Source of the DNA: a virus
Lineage: Duplodnaviria > Caudoviricetes
IMG/VR virus record: IMGVR_UViG_2924263452_000001
Coordinates: 1-64,000 of that record
DNA length: 64,000 nt
Direction: 5' to 3' (one strand)
The notes below the pieces were generated by a model. The model saw only the letters and a program-made list of their open reading frames with translations, searched no databases and had not been told where the DNA came from. The first letter of the stretch is position 1. Every line of letters begins with the position of its first letter. Positions 9,680 to 20,093 of the stretch are shown piece after piece. Made by a program: the position numbers and the translations under genes.

Positions 9680-10546
9680 TTATTTAACTTTATTGAAAAT
9701 CATTTTTTCACTTACAAATCCGGAAGCTCCTTTATGACCTCCGCCGCCGTATCTTTCGGCAATTTTTGAGCAATTAACATCTGGTTTATCGGAATAGATA
9801 GAGTATTTATATTTCTCCCCATCAAATACCCAGATAGCCACGATGGGGTAATCTTTGATAAGATTTCCAAAAATGAGACTGTTGCATCTTCTGTTTACAA
9901 CCAGACATTTTACGCCATCTATGCGAGATTCATATGCATACGCTTTACGGTACTGTTCATATTCTTTCTCGACATATTTGCTAATCGCTTTTCCAGATTC
10001 AATCATCTTATCAAGAAGATCATTTGAATCTGAATATTCTGCTCTGAATAATTGATTCCAGATAATATCCAGTGCTTCATAATCAGTTGCTTCGAGTGCG
10101 TACTTGAAGAATAATGTATCTTCTAATTTAAACTGCCAGCAATCAAAATCACTGATATATTTGAGAAACATAGGAATATCATCAAACTCACAATCAAACA
10201 AATACATATATGTAAGAGCTGCCCCACTAATTCCTTCTTTACGGATTCCCTTAACTTTTTCATATTCTGGATATGTTTTAAGGATTTCCATGCTTGAACT
10301 GTGGTGATCGCACCAAATGAGGTTACAATGTTTCTTTTCCAAAATTTCTTTTAGCTTATCTACAGAATTTACAGAAAAGGATAAATCTACAAAATACACT
10401 GTTTCACCATCTTCGATCAGTTCTGTTGGAATTGGTGTTGAATAGTCATACATAATGTAATCGGCTTTATTGTAATTACCAGTTTTTCTTGCTACAATAG
10501 CTCCAGCAGCTTTTCCATCAATATCATTGTGATGAAAACATTTCAT
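9680..10546 (-). CDS. DHH/DHHA1 phosphoesterase
   Basis: DIDG, DHH, GGGHKGASG. Confidence 0.9.
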   Translation of the reverse strand: MKCFHHNDIDGKAAGAIVARKTGNYNKADYIMYDYSTPIPTELIEDGETVYFVDLSFSVNSVDKLKEILEKKHCNLIWCDHHSSSMEILKTYPEYEKVKGIRKEGISGAALTYMYLFDCEFDDIPMFLKYISDFDCWQFKLEDTLFFKYALEATDYEALDIIWNQLFRAEYSDSNDLLDKMIESGKAISKYVEKEYEQYRKAYAYESRIDGVKCLVVNRRCNSLIFGNLIKDYPIVAIWVFDGEKYKYSIYSDKPDVNCSKIAERYGGGGHKGASGFVSEKMIFNKVK

Positions 10547-11208
10547 TATTTTTTATCCTCCACTTCATCAAGTACAGATGACATACAGCACTTAGTATGT
10601 GCATTGTTAAGCGAATCTACACTAACGCCTCTTGCAAAAGACATAGTTTTTGATGTAGCACTAAATACTTTCTGTGTTCCAATCTTACTTGCTGTATATC
10701 TTTTTGATAGCATTTTATCAATTCCAAGATTATCGCTTACTCTATCAACGTCGATATTTGCACCAAGAAATGTGAAAACCCAACTATATTTTTCACGTTG
10801 ATGTTTAATCATATTTCTTACAGTTTCCCAGTCAAACTCTTTACTGCTATTTTCTGCGCCATCTGTAACGATAGTAAAAATAACTTTCTCAGGACGTTCC
10901 TCTTCTGGCATTGATGCTAATTTCTGACCAACATGATTAACTGTTCTTCCAACTGCATCAAGCATAGCAGTCATTCCAGATGGCATATATTCATTAGTAG
11001 TCATATTTTCTACTTCTTTAATATTTACGCCATCGTGAATCATGTTATATCTGTGATCGAAAAGAACGGTCGTAACAAGAGCATCGCCCTCTTCTTTTTT
11101 CTGGTCGGCAATCATTGCATTGTAACCGCCAATTGTTTCCATTGTAAGCGGCGACATAGAACCACTCATATCAAGTACAAAGACCATCTGTGTTAATCCT
11201 TTTTTCAT
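10546..11208 (-). CDS. vWA domain protein
   Basis: DMSGS MIDAS motif, TDG. Confidence 0.85.
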   Translation of the reverse strand: MKKGLTQMVFVLDMSGSMSPLTMETIGGYNAMIADQKKEEGDALVTTVLFDHRYNMIHDGVNIKEVENMTTNEYMPSGMTAMLDAVGRTVNHVGQKLASMPEEERPEKVIFTIVTDGAENSSKEFDWETVRNMIKHQREKYSWVFTFLGANIDVDRVSDNLGIDKMLSKRYTASKIGTQKVFSATSKTMSFARGVSVDSLNNAHTKCCMSSVLDEVEDKK

Positions 11209-11498
11209 TTTTTGCTTTCTCCTTTAAATTTAAGTGTTGTTTTATTTTTATAAGCAATATTAGCAACTATACTCATACATTGCTTACAAGTACATTTTTT
11301 AATATCATCTGTTAATAGAATAGGTGATATACACCAACTACTACACAATGGAACTTTCATACTCATATGTTCCTTGTTATTAAGACTTATCACTTCTTTT
11401 TCAAGATGAATCGGAGCGTTTACTGCCATTGCAAGCATCGGTAATTCTGTTAATACTGTTATCCTTGGTTTTTTAACTATAGTTCCAATCATTCCCAT
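11205..11498 (-). CDS. Hypothetical protein
   Basis: Coupled ORF within the operon. Confidence 0.5.
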   Translation of the reverse strand: MGMIGTIVKKPRITVLTELPMLAMAVNAPIHLEKEVISLNNKEHMSMKVPLCSSWCISPILLTDDIKKCTCKQCMSIVANIAYKNKTTLKFKGESKK

Positions 11499-12256
11499 GC
11501 TTTCTCAAGTGCTGAAAATATCTCATATTCAAAACACGGCATCAACTGCAGCTTGAACAGATTCTTTTTATGCATTGTATCAATTTTCTGTTTAAGTTCT
11601 TCGGAATCAATCTCTCCAGTTCTGATATAACGATCAAGTACATCGTATGTAAATCCAAGATTGTCCTCATCTGTTTTACCACAAAGCCCATCTGTCGGTA
11701 CTTTATCAACCAACTCAGAAGGTAAACCAAGTTCTCTTCCGATAGCTTTTACTTCTGTTACAGTGAGTCTTGATAATGGCGAAAAATCTCCTGCTGCATC
11801 ACCATATCTTGTAGCATATCCAACCCAATCTTCAGATAAGTTACAAGTGTTTGCAACCCTGCCATTTACAGTCTGAGAAACAGCGTAGAGTACAGCCATT
11901 CTAATTCGTGCCGGAAGATTAGTAGAACTCTGTGCGCTCCAGTGTCCTCCAGTATTATCTTTTACCTGATGCTTAATATTTCTGCACACATTGAAAATAT
12001 CAACAGTAAAGTTTACAATTCCAAGATGATCGCAAAGCATTTTGGAATAATCAATGTCTGGCTGATTTCCCTGTGGCATAAGTACACCAATTACCCTGTC
12101 TTTTCCTAATGCTTCGACACATAATGCAGCCACAACAGAAGAATCTTTGCCTCCAGAGATTCCCACAACTGCATTACAGTCCTTTCCGTTTTCATAGAAA
12201 AAATCCTGAATCCATTTTACAATTTCATTTTTTACTTTCTTTGCATCAAATGCCAT
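11489..12256 (-). CDS. nadE: NH3-dependent NAD+ synthetase
   Basis: SGGKDS, ARIRM, GYATRYGD, DEDNLG. Confidence 0.93.
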   Translation of the reverse strand: MAFDAKKVKNEIVKWIQDFFYENGKDCNAVVGISGGKDSSVVAALCVEALGKDRVIGVLMPQGNQPDIDYSKMLCDHLGIVNFTVDIFNVCRNIKHQVKDNTGGHWSAQSSTNLPARIRMAVLYAVSQTVNGRVANTCNLSEDWVGYATRYGDAAGDFSPLSRLTVTEVKAIGRELGLPSELVDKVPTDGLCGKTDEDNLGFTYDVLDRYIRTGEIDSEELKQKIDTMHKKNLFKLQLMPCFEYEIFSALEKAWE

Positions 12257-12656
12257 GTTTTACTTCTCCCTTCTTTATTTTCTCGATAAGTCTCTGTAAA
12301 TGCTCATATACCAGTGGCAGACCACCTCTATCGTCTATATACACATTTGCATAGGTTTTTCTTCCAGTAACTTCGATAGAACTGTCACAGTTTATACCTT
12401 TATACTTGATTTCGTAAGTAGCAAGATAATTTTCAATCATTTGGTATTTATCTTCACCATTACCAGTAAAAATAACTACCTCTGAATAATCTTCCCATTC
12501 TTTTAACAATGCCATTACATCGGTATATGTTCTTCCGACATTATGAAAGTCATATAGTGTATCATCGAAATCTACACAGAAAATAAGTTTTCCGTATTTC
12601 TTAAATTCATCTTCGAGACGCTGATAACAATTCTCAGGATCTAAGTAAAAGTCCAT
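12246..12656 (-). CDS. HAD-superfamily protein
   Basis: DFDDT and YIDDR motifs. Confidence 0.75.
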   Translation of the reverse strand: MDFYLDPENCYQRLEDEFKKYGKLIFCVDFDDTLYDFHNVGRTYTDVMALLKEWEDYSEVVIFTGNGEDKYQMIENYLATYEIKYKGINCDSSIEVTGRKTYANVYIDDRGGLPLVYEHLQRLIEKIKKGEVKHGI

Positions 12657-14143
12657 TAGAATTTACCTCCATAAAGAATATCTCTGATTTCTGCAAGGCT
12701 CTGTTCCTTGATAAGCTGTCCATCTTTAAATATCGTCCGTAAGAGATTTACTTCTGCGTCTTTACCGGAAACATGAGCCTCTTCCCATGTTCTACCATCT
12801 ACATAAATAAGTTTGTCATCTGAATTTTTTACAACTACGCAACAACCTTTCTGGGATTTCTTAAATCCACCATCTTTCGGATTCTTGAAAATCGGGAATG
12901 GTTTGTCATCAATCTCACAGTATGTTGCTTTAATGCAAGAGCTGAATGTGTCTCTGGTAAATGGTTTTAAAATACCATTCTCTTCGATGCACTGAAATGA
13001 GAACGATCCAACACCTAATGCCACGTTGGAGCAAGCAAATCCATTTTCCATGAGGATTTTATAAATCTGCTCACATCTCTGTACTGTTATGGAATCACCA
13101 TAAATAGCCTTTACATGAGGATCAAGCACTTTATATCCTTTACTGTTGGTCGTCCCTCCAAATTCTTCCCACAGTTTGAATACTGTTTTTGTGACCACTT
13201 CTACACAGTCACCAGAATCGCCACGCATAAGCATACAACCATTATGTGCCAGGATTTCATGTTTTAACTGTGGAAGAATATTATCAATTACATTCCAGTA
13301 ATCATATGAATCCAGAACAGCGGAAAAACTTGTGTTTGGATAAATTTCAGTAAGTAGTCTACGAAGAAGAGTGGTTTCGTCACCGTCAACTGCGAAGTTG
13401 CTACACATTACTGAATGTTCTGTGCTAGGGCTTCCAAATGCAACCGGCTCTTTTGTACAATCACACTTATAGTTCTTTTCCAGATAAGGGATTGTCGGGA
13501 CTGTGGCAGTATTAAGAAATGATAAACACCATCCTGCACCAGCTTTAATTGCTGAGTCTGTACATTCTTCACCTCTGAAATCAAAAGCACCTAATGCTTT
13601 CGCTCTGGATGTTTCATCATCACAAGTAAGATCATAATAATAATTTACAATCTGTCGATATGTATATCCAACTGTTGCAGCAATCATAGGATGCCAACTT
13701 TCCGCAGAAATCAAGCTTTCAAGGCTCTGTGGCAACCAGGCAAAATCTTTATGTGTATTTGTAATACCGAACATTGGTACGTGCATTGGTACAATAGTCC
13801 CTTCCGGAAGTGCAACAATTTCAATTGGAAGATAACCAAGTTTATGCAGCTTTTCAATTTTCTCAATTTTATAGGCATTTTCGCCCAGTGTTGCATCCAT
13901 AACTCTCTTATATCCGCCAATTACTTCATCAAATGGTTTGTTAAAAAATTCATCATTGAAATAATCAACAAGGTATGTTTTGATGAATCCCTGCAGTCCA
14001 AACATTACCACACTGTCCCATCTGTTTACCCGGCTCATTCGTGGAGTAAAATATGAAACAGATTTCGTAATATCTTTCGGTAGCATTTCTGCATGAACCG
14101 CCTTATAGAAATCAATTAATAACATAGGATTTGTGTTAATCAT
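12656..14143 (-). CDS. Nicotinamide/nicotinate phosphoribosyltransferase family (NAMPT/Namat-like)
   Basis: DFYK, STEHS, DSYD, RGDSGD, YGDSIT, KKSQKG. Confidence 0.9.
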   Translation of the reverse strand: MINTNPMLLIDFYKAVHAEMLPKDITKSVSYFTPRMSRVNRWDSVVMFGLQGFIKTYLVDYFNDEFFNKPFDEVIGGYKRVMDATLGENAYKIEKIEKLHKLGYLPIEIVALPEGTIVPMHVPMFGITNTHKDFAWLPQSLESLISAESWHPMIAATVGYTYRQIVNYYYDLTCDDETSRAKALGAFDFRGEECTDSAIKAGAGWCLSFLNTATVPTIPYLEKNYKCDCTKEPVAFGSPSTEHSVMCSNFAVDGDETTLLRRLLTEIYPNTSFSAVLDSYDYWNVIDNILPQLKHEILAHNGCMLMRGDSGDCVEVVTKTVFKLWEEFGGTTNSKGYKVLDPHVKAIYGDSITVQRCEQIYKILMENGFACSNVALGVGSFSFQCIEENGILKPFTRDTFSSCIKATYCEIDDKPFPIFKNPKDGGFKKSQKGCCVVVKNSDDKLIYVDGRTWEEAHVSGKDAEVNLLRTIFKDGQLIKEQSLAEIRDILYGGKF

Positions 14144-14934
14144 TTTAATACCTCAACTTTCTCTTCATCTAAACTGTAGATGGAATCTGTTGTAAAAATC
14201 TTTTTGATAAGCCCGTTATCTTTTAAAAGTTCACCATCTTTAATGGTGTTCTCACAATGAGTTACATAGAGGTAGATATCATTCGCACCGTATTCTTTTA
14301 ATTTCAATGCTGAATAATAGAATGTGCCACCTTTTGAGCAGATATCATCAATAATAAGGACATCTTTTCCAGGAATATAAATTCCATTTGTGATAATGTC
14401 TAATCCTAGAATTTCACCCGTTCGCCAGTCGCGTGTTTTTGATCCATAGCAGAATGGGCGTTTAAGTGCATTTCCGTATCTTTTTGCTGCACCATTATCC
14501 GGGAAGTACAAAATCATATCTCCGTTCTTGTCGATTTTATCTAAGACTGTTAATACCATTTCGCATGTGGAGATTCCACTTTTTACATTGTCAAGTAAAG
14601 CCATAGACACGTCGCTATGCGGATCATTGACATAAACACTATCAAACTTCAAAGAGTTGATAAACTCACAAAAATATTTAAGAGTAAATACTTCATCTGA
14701 ATTTTTAACTCTATCCATTCTCGCATTTGGGATGTATGGCAAAATAAGCGTCTTTTTCTTTACGTCACCTAAATGCTTTGTGATATATAAGAGCGTTGCC
14801 AGTTCTTCATCACCCTCGTATTTCCATTCAATAGTGTATTCTTCCTCTTCTAAGAGTTCCAAAGGAATACGAATACACTGTGTTTTGTCCGGAAAATGTC
14901 CTGCTTTAATTTCAGTATCGCATAACTTAATCAT
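14140..14934 (-). CDS. Ribose-phosphate pyrophosphokinase-like protein (Adps-like)
   Basis: PYIPNARMDR, DPHS, PDNGA, DDICSKGGTF; directly upstream of the NAMPT-like gene. Confidence 0.88.
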   Translation of the reverse strand: MIKLCDTEIKAGHFPDKTQCIRIPLELLEEEEYTIEWKYEGDEELATLLYITKHLGDVKKKTLILPYIPNARMDRVKNSDEVFTLKYFCEFINSLKFDSVYVNDPHSDVSMALLDNVKSGISTCEMVLTVLDKIDKNGDMILYFPDNGAAKRYGNALKRPFCYGSKTRDWRTGEILGLDIITNGIYIPGKDVLIIDDICSKGGTFYYSALKLKEYGANDIYLYVTHCENTIKDGELLKDNGLIKKIFTTDSIYSLDEEKVEVLK

Positions 14935-15289
14935 TCCAAATCTCCTTATAATTTATTTCTCTCTGCTGTACAATGTTATCTCTTGTAAAAATGATTTCAA
15001 AATCTGAAATCTGTTTTGTGCCAACAAGCTGAAACTCATAAATCTTATACCCAAGTTTCTGAAGTTCAAGAACATCAGTAAGGCTGAACCAGTGTTTTAA
15101 TGTTTCCTTTGATGGGGCTGCTGAAAACCACTGTTTTCCACCTTCTCTGTACAATTCACTATCTTCCATCGGTAAGCTTCTACTTAATCCTTCTGAGAGC
15201 TGGTCAAATACAGGATTCCACGTTCCATCAAAGTTTCTCCACAGTCCATGTTTTTCAGCCTGATCTTCTACTCTATATCCGAAAATCAT
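14927..15289 (-). CDS. Hypothetical protein
   Basis: Coupled ORF inside the NAD cluster. Confidence 0.6.
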   Translation of the reverse strand: MIFGYRVEDQAEKHGLWRNFDGTWNPVFDQLSEGLSRSLPMEDSELYREGGKQWFSAAPSKETLKHWFSLTDVLELQKLGYKIYEFQLVGTKQISDFEIIFTRDNIVQQREINYKEIWND

Positions 15290-15290
15290 T

Positions 15291-15824
15291 TTATTCTCCT
15301 TCTACTACATTGATCTGGCAACTTTTCATTACTTCCAGGGCAGCTTTATGCTTTTCTGGTGTAACTCCTGCACAGCAGTTTGCGTGTACTGTAATTTCCA
15401 TATTTGGATATAACATTCGTAGAACCAGAGCATTTGACACTACACAAATATCTGTACAAACTCCCATTAATTCGATTTCTTCTACTTCATCATTTCTAAG
15501 TGCTAAACTGAACATTTTGTCCCACGCATTATATCCAAATGTATATTTTCTTAAATAGAATCCTGGGATATTTCTAAGCTCCGGAATAATCTGCCATCCA
15601 TCTGAGTAGTCAATGCAGTGTGGTACTGGAAGATATTTTCCTTCCAACGTTTCCATGTAATATTCATCATGTGTATCTCTTGTGAAAAATGCAGTATATC
15701 CTTCAGCTACAAGTTTTTCTGCACGTTCTTTTACATTGTCCACAATAGCAACTGCTTCTTTTGAACCAAGTGCGCCATGAATGAAATCATTTTGCATATC
15801 CACGATAATCAACGCCTTTGCCAT
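15291..15824 (-). CDS. pncA: Nicotinamidase/isochorismatase family cysteine hydrolase
   Basis: VDMQNDF, DTH, HC, GVCTDICV. Confidence 0.85.
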   Translation of the reverse strand: MAKALIIVDMQNDFIHGALGSKEAVAIVDNVKERAEKLVAEGYTAFFTRDTHDEYYMETLEGKYLPVPHCIDYSDGWQIIPELRNIPGFYLRKYTFGYNAWDKMFSLALRNDEVEEIELMGVCTDICVVSNALVLRMLYPNMEITVHANCCAGVTPEKHKAALEVMKSCQINVVEGE

Positions 15825-16243
15825 TTTATATTCCCTCCTGTTTTTATTTTTCTCTATTCATTATTTCTTTTATTTTGCTTTGTGTGTCATAATTCAGCAT
15901 TTTAATTGCATGTTTTACATCGTTTAAAGCCTTATGCTGAAATGTATTTTTCTGTTGGTTGTTCATATCTTTTTCTATTCTACTACTCACAATTTCTAAA
16001 AGATCTGTACTGCTAAATATATCAATATCAATCATTTTCATATAAATTTACCCTCATATTAATGAGTATATACTTTTCTCTCACATTCCGGACATGCAGA
16101 ATAAAAATGGTATTTGGAATAATATGAATCAATTTCATATTCATCTGTTTTATATATACATCTGCAATAATCACAACAGAATTTTTTAATCGGCTTATGC
16201 TTCATATAACCGCTTGATAATATTTTAATCATATTGCCTCTCA

Positions 16244-16318
16244 ATAAAAACCAGATTTTATTTAGATTTTTATACTATATATAGTGTATTTATAAGTCAT
16301 TAACACTATATATGGTAT
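16244..16318. promoter_or_regulatory. Orphan 18-bp recombination-like site plus tandem NrdR-box-like palindromes
   Basis: ATAAAA-ACCAGA-TTTTAT (16244-16261); ATACTATATATAGTGT (16272) and ACACTATATATGGTAT (16303), 31 bp apart. Confidence 0.6.
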
Positions 16319-16399
16319 ACTCTAAGTTTTCATTTTTCCACTGTATCTTATTTTCATAATAATCAATGTCATCTCCTTTTTTATTATATTTTATAGTAC

Positions 16400-16730
16400 A
16401 TAATTGACTCCATTCTCAGCCTCACCCATTGCCTTTACGTATGGCGATATTCCAACCACAGTAATATCTCAAGTATAATGTTGATAGTCTTTTCAGCTTG
16501 TCTATCGGAGAACAGGGGGATTCGTGTTTCCCATCGTAATTTACTAAGGTATTTCATTGTCTGCGCCCAACCGGAAAACCTACGGGCTTTTTGTAGTGTA
16601 CTTCTACTCACAAACTATTTCTTTAACGTCCAACAGCACTGCTGCCACCTTAGATCCCGACTGCCAATTAAGCCGTGTCATGTTATCTCATACGGACAAT
16701 CATGTATTAATACATTTATTTCTTTTGCCT
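16400..16730 (-). ncRNA. Candidate structured non-coding RNA
   Basis: About 330 bp intergenic, GC-richer than its surroundings, several hairpins, no credible ORF. Confidence 0.35.
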
Positions 16731-17678
16731 TTAATGTGCTGCTTCATCTGCTTTATGAAGTAACATTATCTTCCTGTATAACTCTTCACCCCATAAGTTT
16801 CTATATTTCTTTTCCATCTTTTTATTATTATCTTTTTCCCAGAAATACGGAAACATATGCCACTGAATAAGTGCCGAAATTTCAAGCATATCCTTTGTTG
16901 AAAAGTTATTCAAATACTTAATCGCATCGTATGCACTTACTAAATGATGCTGATAATAATGCGCCACATCAGTAGGATTACCATTGCTATCTTTGTATTC
17001 TTTTGTGAATTTCTTTCCAATATCATGTAGTAATGCTGCCATATGTAAGTTTATGTCTGCTTTATTACCAAACTCAAGAGTATTCAAGTAACAAGCAAGG
17101 CAGTGATTTCCAATTGATAATGTATGATGCGGATTATCATGTTTGATACTGAAAAGACCATTTTCTCCATAGAATAAATTAGTTAATTCATACTGTTCAT
17201 GTACTTTACTTTGTGTATCAATAATAATCTCATCCCATCCCTCATAATACTGTGGAATATAAATGTTTTTATACATTCTTTCGATTGCATACTCCGGTAC
17301 AAATCTTCCACCATTTTCGGCTCGCTTTTTATTGTTTTCCAAACACATTTCAAACGGTGTATATACGAAATAACAAACTTTACGACAATTAATTTTATTC
17401 AGCTCATTCAAGAACGCCATTCGCTTTTTGTAGCTGATATTACAAGCATCGTAAATTACAGTTTGGCTTTTATTGTGAAGCAATTCGTCTTTTACTCTTT
17501 GGTGAAGAACTTTAAATACTTCTTCGTTACATTCCTGGCTATCTTCAGAACCAGTGATTTCTTTTCTGATTTCATCCGATGAGATTGTCTGGCAAACATA
17601 AATACGACTCAATTCATGAGCTTTCGTAGTTTTTCCAGATCCAGGTAATCCCATCATCATAATAAGTGTTGGCTGCAT
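16731..17678 (-). CDS. P-loop polynucleotide kinase fused to an HD domain (Pnkp-like)
   Basis: GLPGSGKT, DACN, LLHDIGK; coupled to the RNA ligase. Confidence 0.85.
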   Translation of the reverse strand: MQPTLIMMMGLPGSGKTTKAHELSRIYVCQTISSDEIRKEITGSEDSQECNEEVFKVLHQRVKDELLHNKSQTVIYDACNISYKKRMAFLNELNKINCRKVCYFVYTPFEMCLENNKKRAENGGRFVPEYAIERMYKNIYIPQYYEGWDEIIIDTQSKVHEQYELTNLFYGENGLFSIKHDNPHHTLSIGNHCLACYLNTLEFGNKADINLHMAALLHDIGKKFTKEYKDSNGNPTDVAHYYQHHLVSAYDAIKYLNNFSTKDMLEISALIQWHMFPYFWEKDNNKKMEKKYRNLWGEELYRKIMLLHKADEAAH

Positions 17679-18970
17679 TATTCAATCTCGCTTTCTTCAA
17701 AAATAGCTTTATAGTCTGAAACTCCCATTTCTTTTAACTTTTTATATGCCGGGCATTTTTCACTACCATACTTGATATAATTGTTTTCAATGCCAAGATA
17801 TTTGTTTTTTACATATCTTTTATATTTCTTTGGGACATTGCTTTCCGCCCAAATCATAAAGGATTTCTTATCACTTTTTGGTGCTTTGTCAAAATACTTC
17901 TGTACTTCTGCTTCCATATTTTTCACATAATCCAGAACAATTTTTTCAACAATGAATACCCTTTCTCTGTATGCTGCTGGCACTTTGCTGATTAAATCGT
18001 CTATTTTGTTTTCCGCAACGCTTTCAATGATAAGATTGATGGAAGAAATTTTTGATAAAACTCTATGAATTTGAACATAATCATCACCCTTGACTTTAAT
18101 CATATGTCCGTCAATATTTACTACAAATCCCTCTTGCTCATCAGATTTAATAGTTTTAACATCTTCAAGGATTTCTTCGAATGTTTTATCATAAATCTCA
18201 GTCATCGGAACTCCATAACGTGTGGCAAAATCAGATACTTCTTTATACGAAAATTGTCTACCCGTTTTTACATCTCTGATTCCAATTAAATACAAACCTT
18301 CTTGATCTTTTGTGTATTTAACAACATGTGCATCTTCCAGTGAAATGTATTCATAAATAAACGTTAAATCATCATTTGATTCAGCCATACATTTATTTCT
18401 TTCATCTAGCATTTTAAGACCATCTGCTAACCTCCATGATTTCTCCTGGCATAAAGCTTGGCTTCCAGTCATAAAGATCTTACCATTATACCAACGAACA
18501 CATTGCATACTACCATCAAGCTTATTTGTAATTTCAATTGTCTTTGCATTTTTAATTTCTTCTGTTACTACTGCAATATCATTTTCCGGACATTCATTTA
18601 AGTTTCTGAACTTTCTAAACGGGGCAACTACAATCTCTTCGGCTTTCAGATTGATGACTACGCTTCTACATTCAAGGAAGAATCCATCATCTGCATTCCA
18701 TAAATCATTTGCTGTAATTTCATATTGACCATCTCCGGCACTACTGAATTTACCATACCGTATTAATACAAATTCGTTATGCTGGTTGACTTCAAGATAT
18801 TTGATTTTCTCTGCTGCTGCATTATCTCCCAGTTTAATAATCCAATGTTCAAGTGAAGAAATTTCTTTTTCTTCTGCAATATATGTTTTGTATTCAGGTT
18901 CACCAAATTTTTCAGTATATCTTCTTTTGATATCCATTACGAATCTGAATACCGGATTCCATTCATACAT
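17678..18970 (-). CDS. T4 Rnl1-like RNA ligase
   Basis: ECR, PFRKFRN, KLDGS (motif I), EGFV, KVK. Confidence 0.85.
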   Translation of the reverse strand: MYEWNPVFRFVMDIKRRYTEKFGEPEYKTYIAEEKEISSLEHWIIKLGDNAAAEKIKYLEVNQHNEFVLIRYGKFSSAGDGQYEITANDLWNADDGFFLECRSVVINLKAEEIVVAPFRKFRNLNECPENDIAVVTEEIKNAKTIEITNKLDGSMQCVRWYNGKIFMTGSQALCQEKSWRLADGLKMLDERNKCMAESNDDLTFIYEYISLEDAHVVKYTKDQEGLYLIGIRDVKTGRQFSYKEVSDFATRYGVPMTEIYDKTFEEILEDVKTIKSDEQEGFVVNIDGHMIKVKGDDYVQIHRVLSKISSINLIIESVAENKIDDLISKVPAAYRERVFIVEKIVLDYVKNMEAEVQKYFDKAPKSDKKSFMIWAESNVPKKYKRYVKNKYLGIENNYIKYGSEKCPAYKKLKEMGVSDYKAIFEESEIE

Positions 18971-18989
18971 TAAGTTCCTTTCTTGGTTT

Positions 18990-19036
18990 ATTATACCACT
19001 TTTATTATAAATGTCAATATTTATTTCTTTTATCTT
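18990..19036 (-). promoter_or_regulatory. sigmaA-like promoter with the repeated upstream motif
   Basis: TTGACA...TGGTATAAT preceded by AAGATAAAAGAAATAAA. Confidence 0.65.
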
Positions 19037-19592
19037 AGTTATTTTTATAATGCTTTACTATAAAATCTAGTGTACGTGGCGTATAATCCATATACGGTAA
19101 CATACAACCAACATTAAAAGCATTTTTCATCTCTGGCTGTTCAAGGATATTATGAGTCGCATTCCCATCTTCATTTATATTTGAATGAACATGTCCATAT
19201 AAATGATAACTTCCTCTATGCGATTGATCCCATACTGCAATTGGATAGTGGCATAAAACAACAATCCTTCCTTTATCATCTACTCTTTTTAAATCATAAA
19301 TGCCCTGAAACAGTTTTTTGCAGTACCCATTCTTAACCCAGCTATCATGATTTCCAACAATAAGAAATCTGTTTTTACAATTGATGCTTTTTATAAGTTC
19401 TGCAGTCTTATCAGGTTTATACCATGATACGTCGCCTAAAAGATATAATTCGTCTTGTGGCGTTACCACCTGATTTATATTCTGGATTATTTTCTTATCC
19501 ATTTCATCTAGTGTCTTAAATGGTCTATGATCGAAACGACTCATAGCATTGTAATGACCGAGATGCAAGTCTGATATGTAGTATTTACTCAT
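19035..19592 (-). CDS. Calcineurin-like metallophosphoesterase
   Basis: SDLH, LGD, GNHD, GHVH. Confidence 0.9.
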   Translation of the reverse strand: MSKYYISDLHLGHYNAMSRFDHRPFKTLDEMDKKIIQNINQVVTPQDELYLLGDVSWYKPDKTAELIKSINCKNRFLIVGNHDSWVKNGYCKKLFQGIYDLKRVDDKGRIVVLCHYPIAVWDQSHRGSYHLYGHVHSNINEDGNATHNILEQPEMKNAFNVGCMLPYMDYTPRTLDFIVKHYKNN

Positions 19593-20093
19593 ATAATTCC
19601 TTTCTCTCTTAATTCGTTAACAGATCTTGTTAAGAAGTACGAAATGTACTCTTCGCCATCTGGATCTCTTTTAATCCCACCAGGCATTACTTCGGTAAGT
19701 ATCTTCATTGGATATAAGTCTAAGTCTCCCATTGGATTTTGACGCAACATTTTTCCGACAATTTCTAAAGCATGATACATTACTTTTTCGCGTGGTGAGA
19801 AAGAGTCCTTTATACTTTGTGAAATCTTCATCTGGCAATCGCCGTTTCATGTTTCACTACTCTATGCGGTATTTTAAGTATTTTTAGCATATCTGTAACT
19901 CCAGAGCCAAATCCGCTTGCATCTAAATAAATATCGTATTTTTTACCAAGTTCAACTACAATCTGTATCGCTACACCAAAACTATCTGTACAATATACTT
20001 TCCTAATCCCATTACAAAGAGTGACAACTTGATAACCTCTAACGTTACGTTCAATTTCTACATACATAATATATAAAACTTCCATTCCCTTAC

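Noticed and set aside
16505-16530. tRNA-like 3' end (CGAATCCCCCTGTTCTCCG on the minus strand)
   Set aside because: No GTTC T-loop and no matching 5' acceptor, D or anticodon arms
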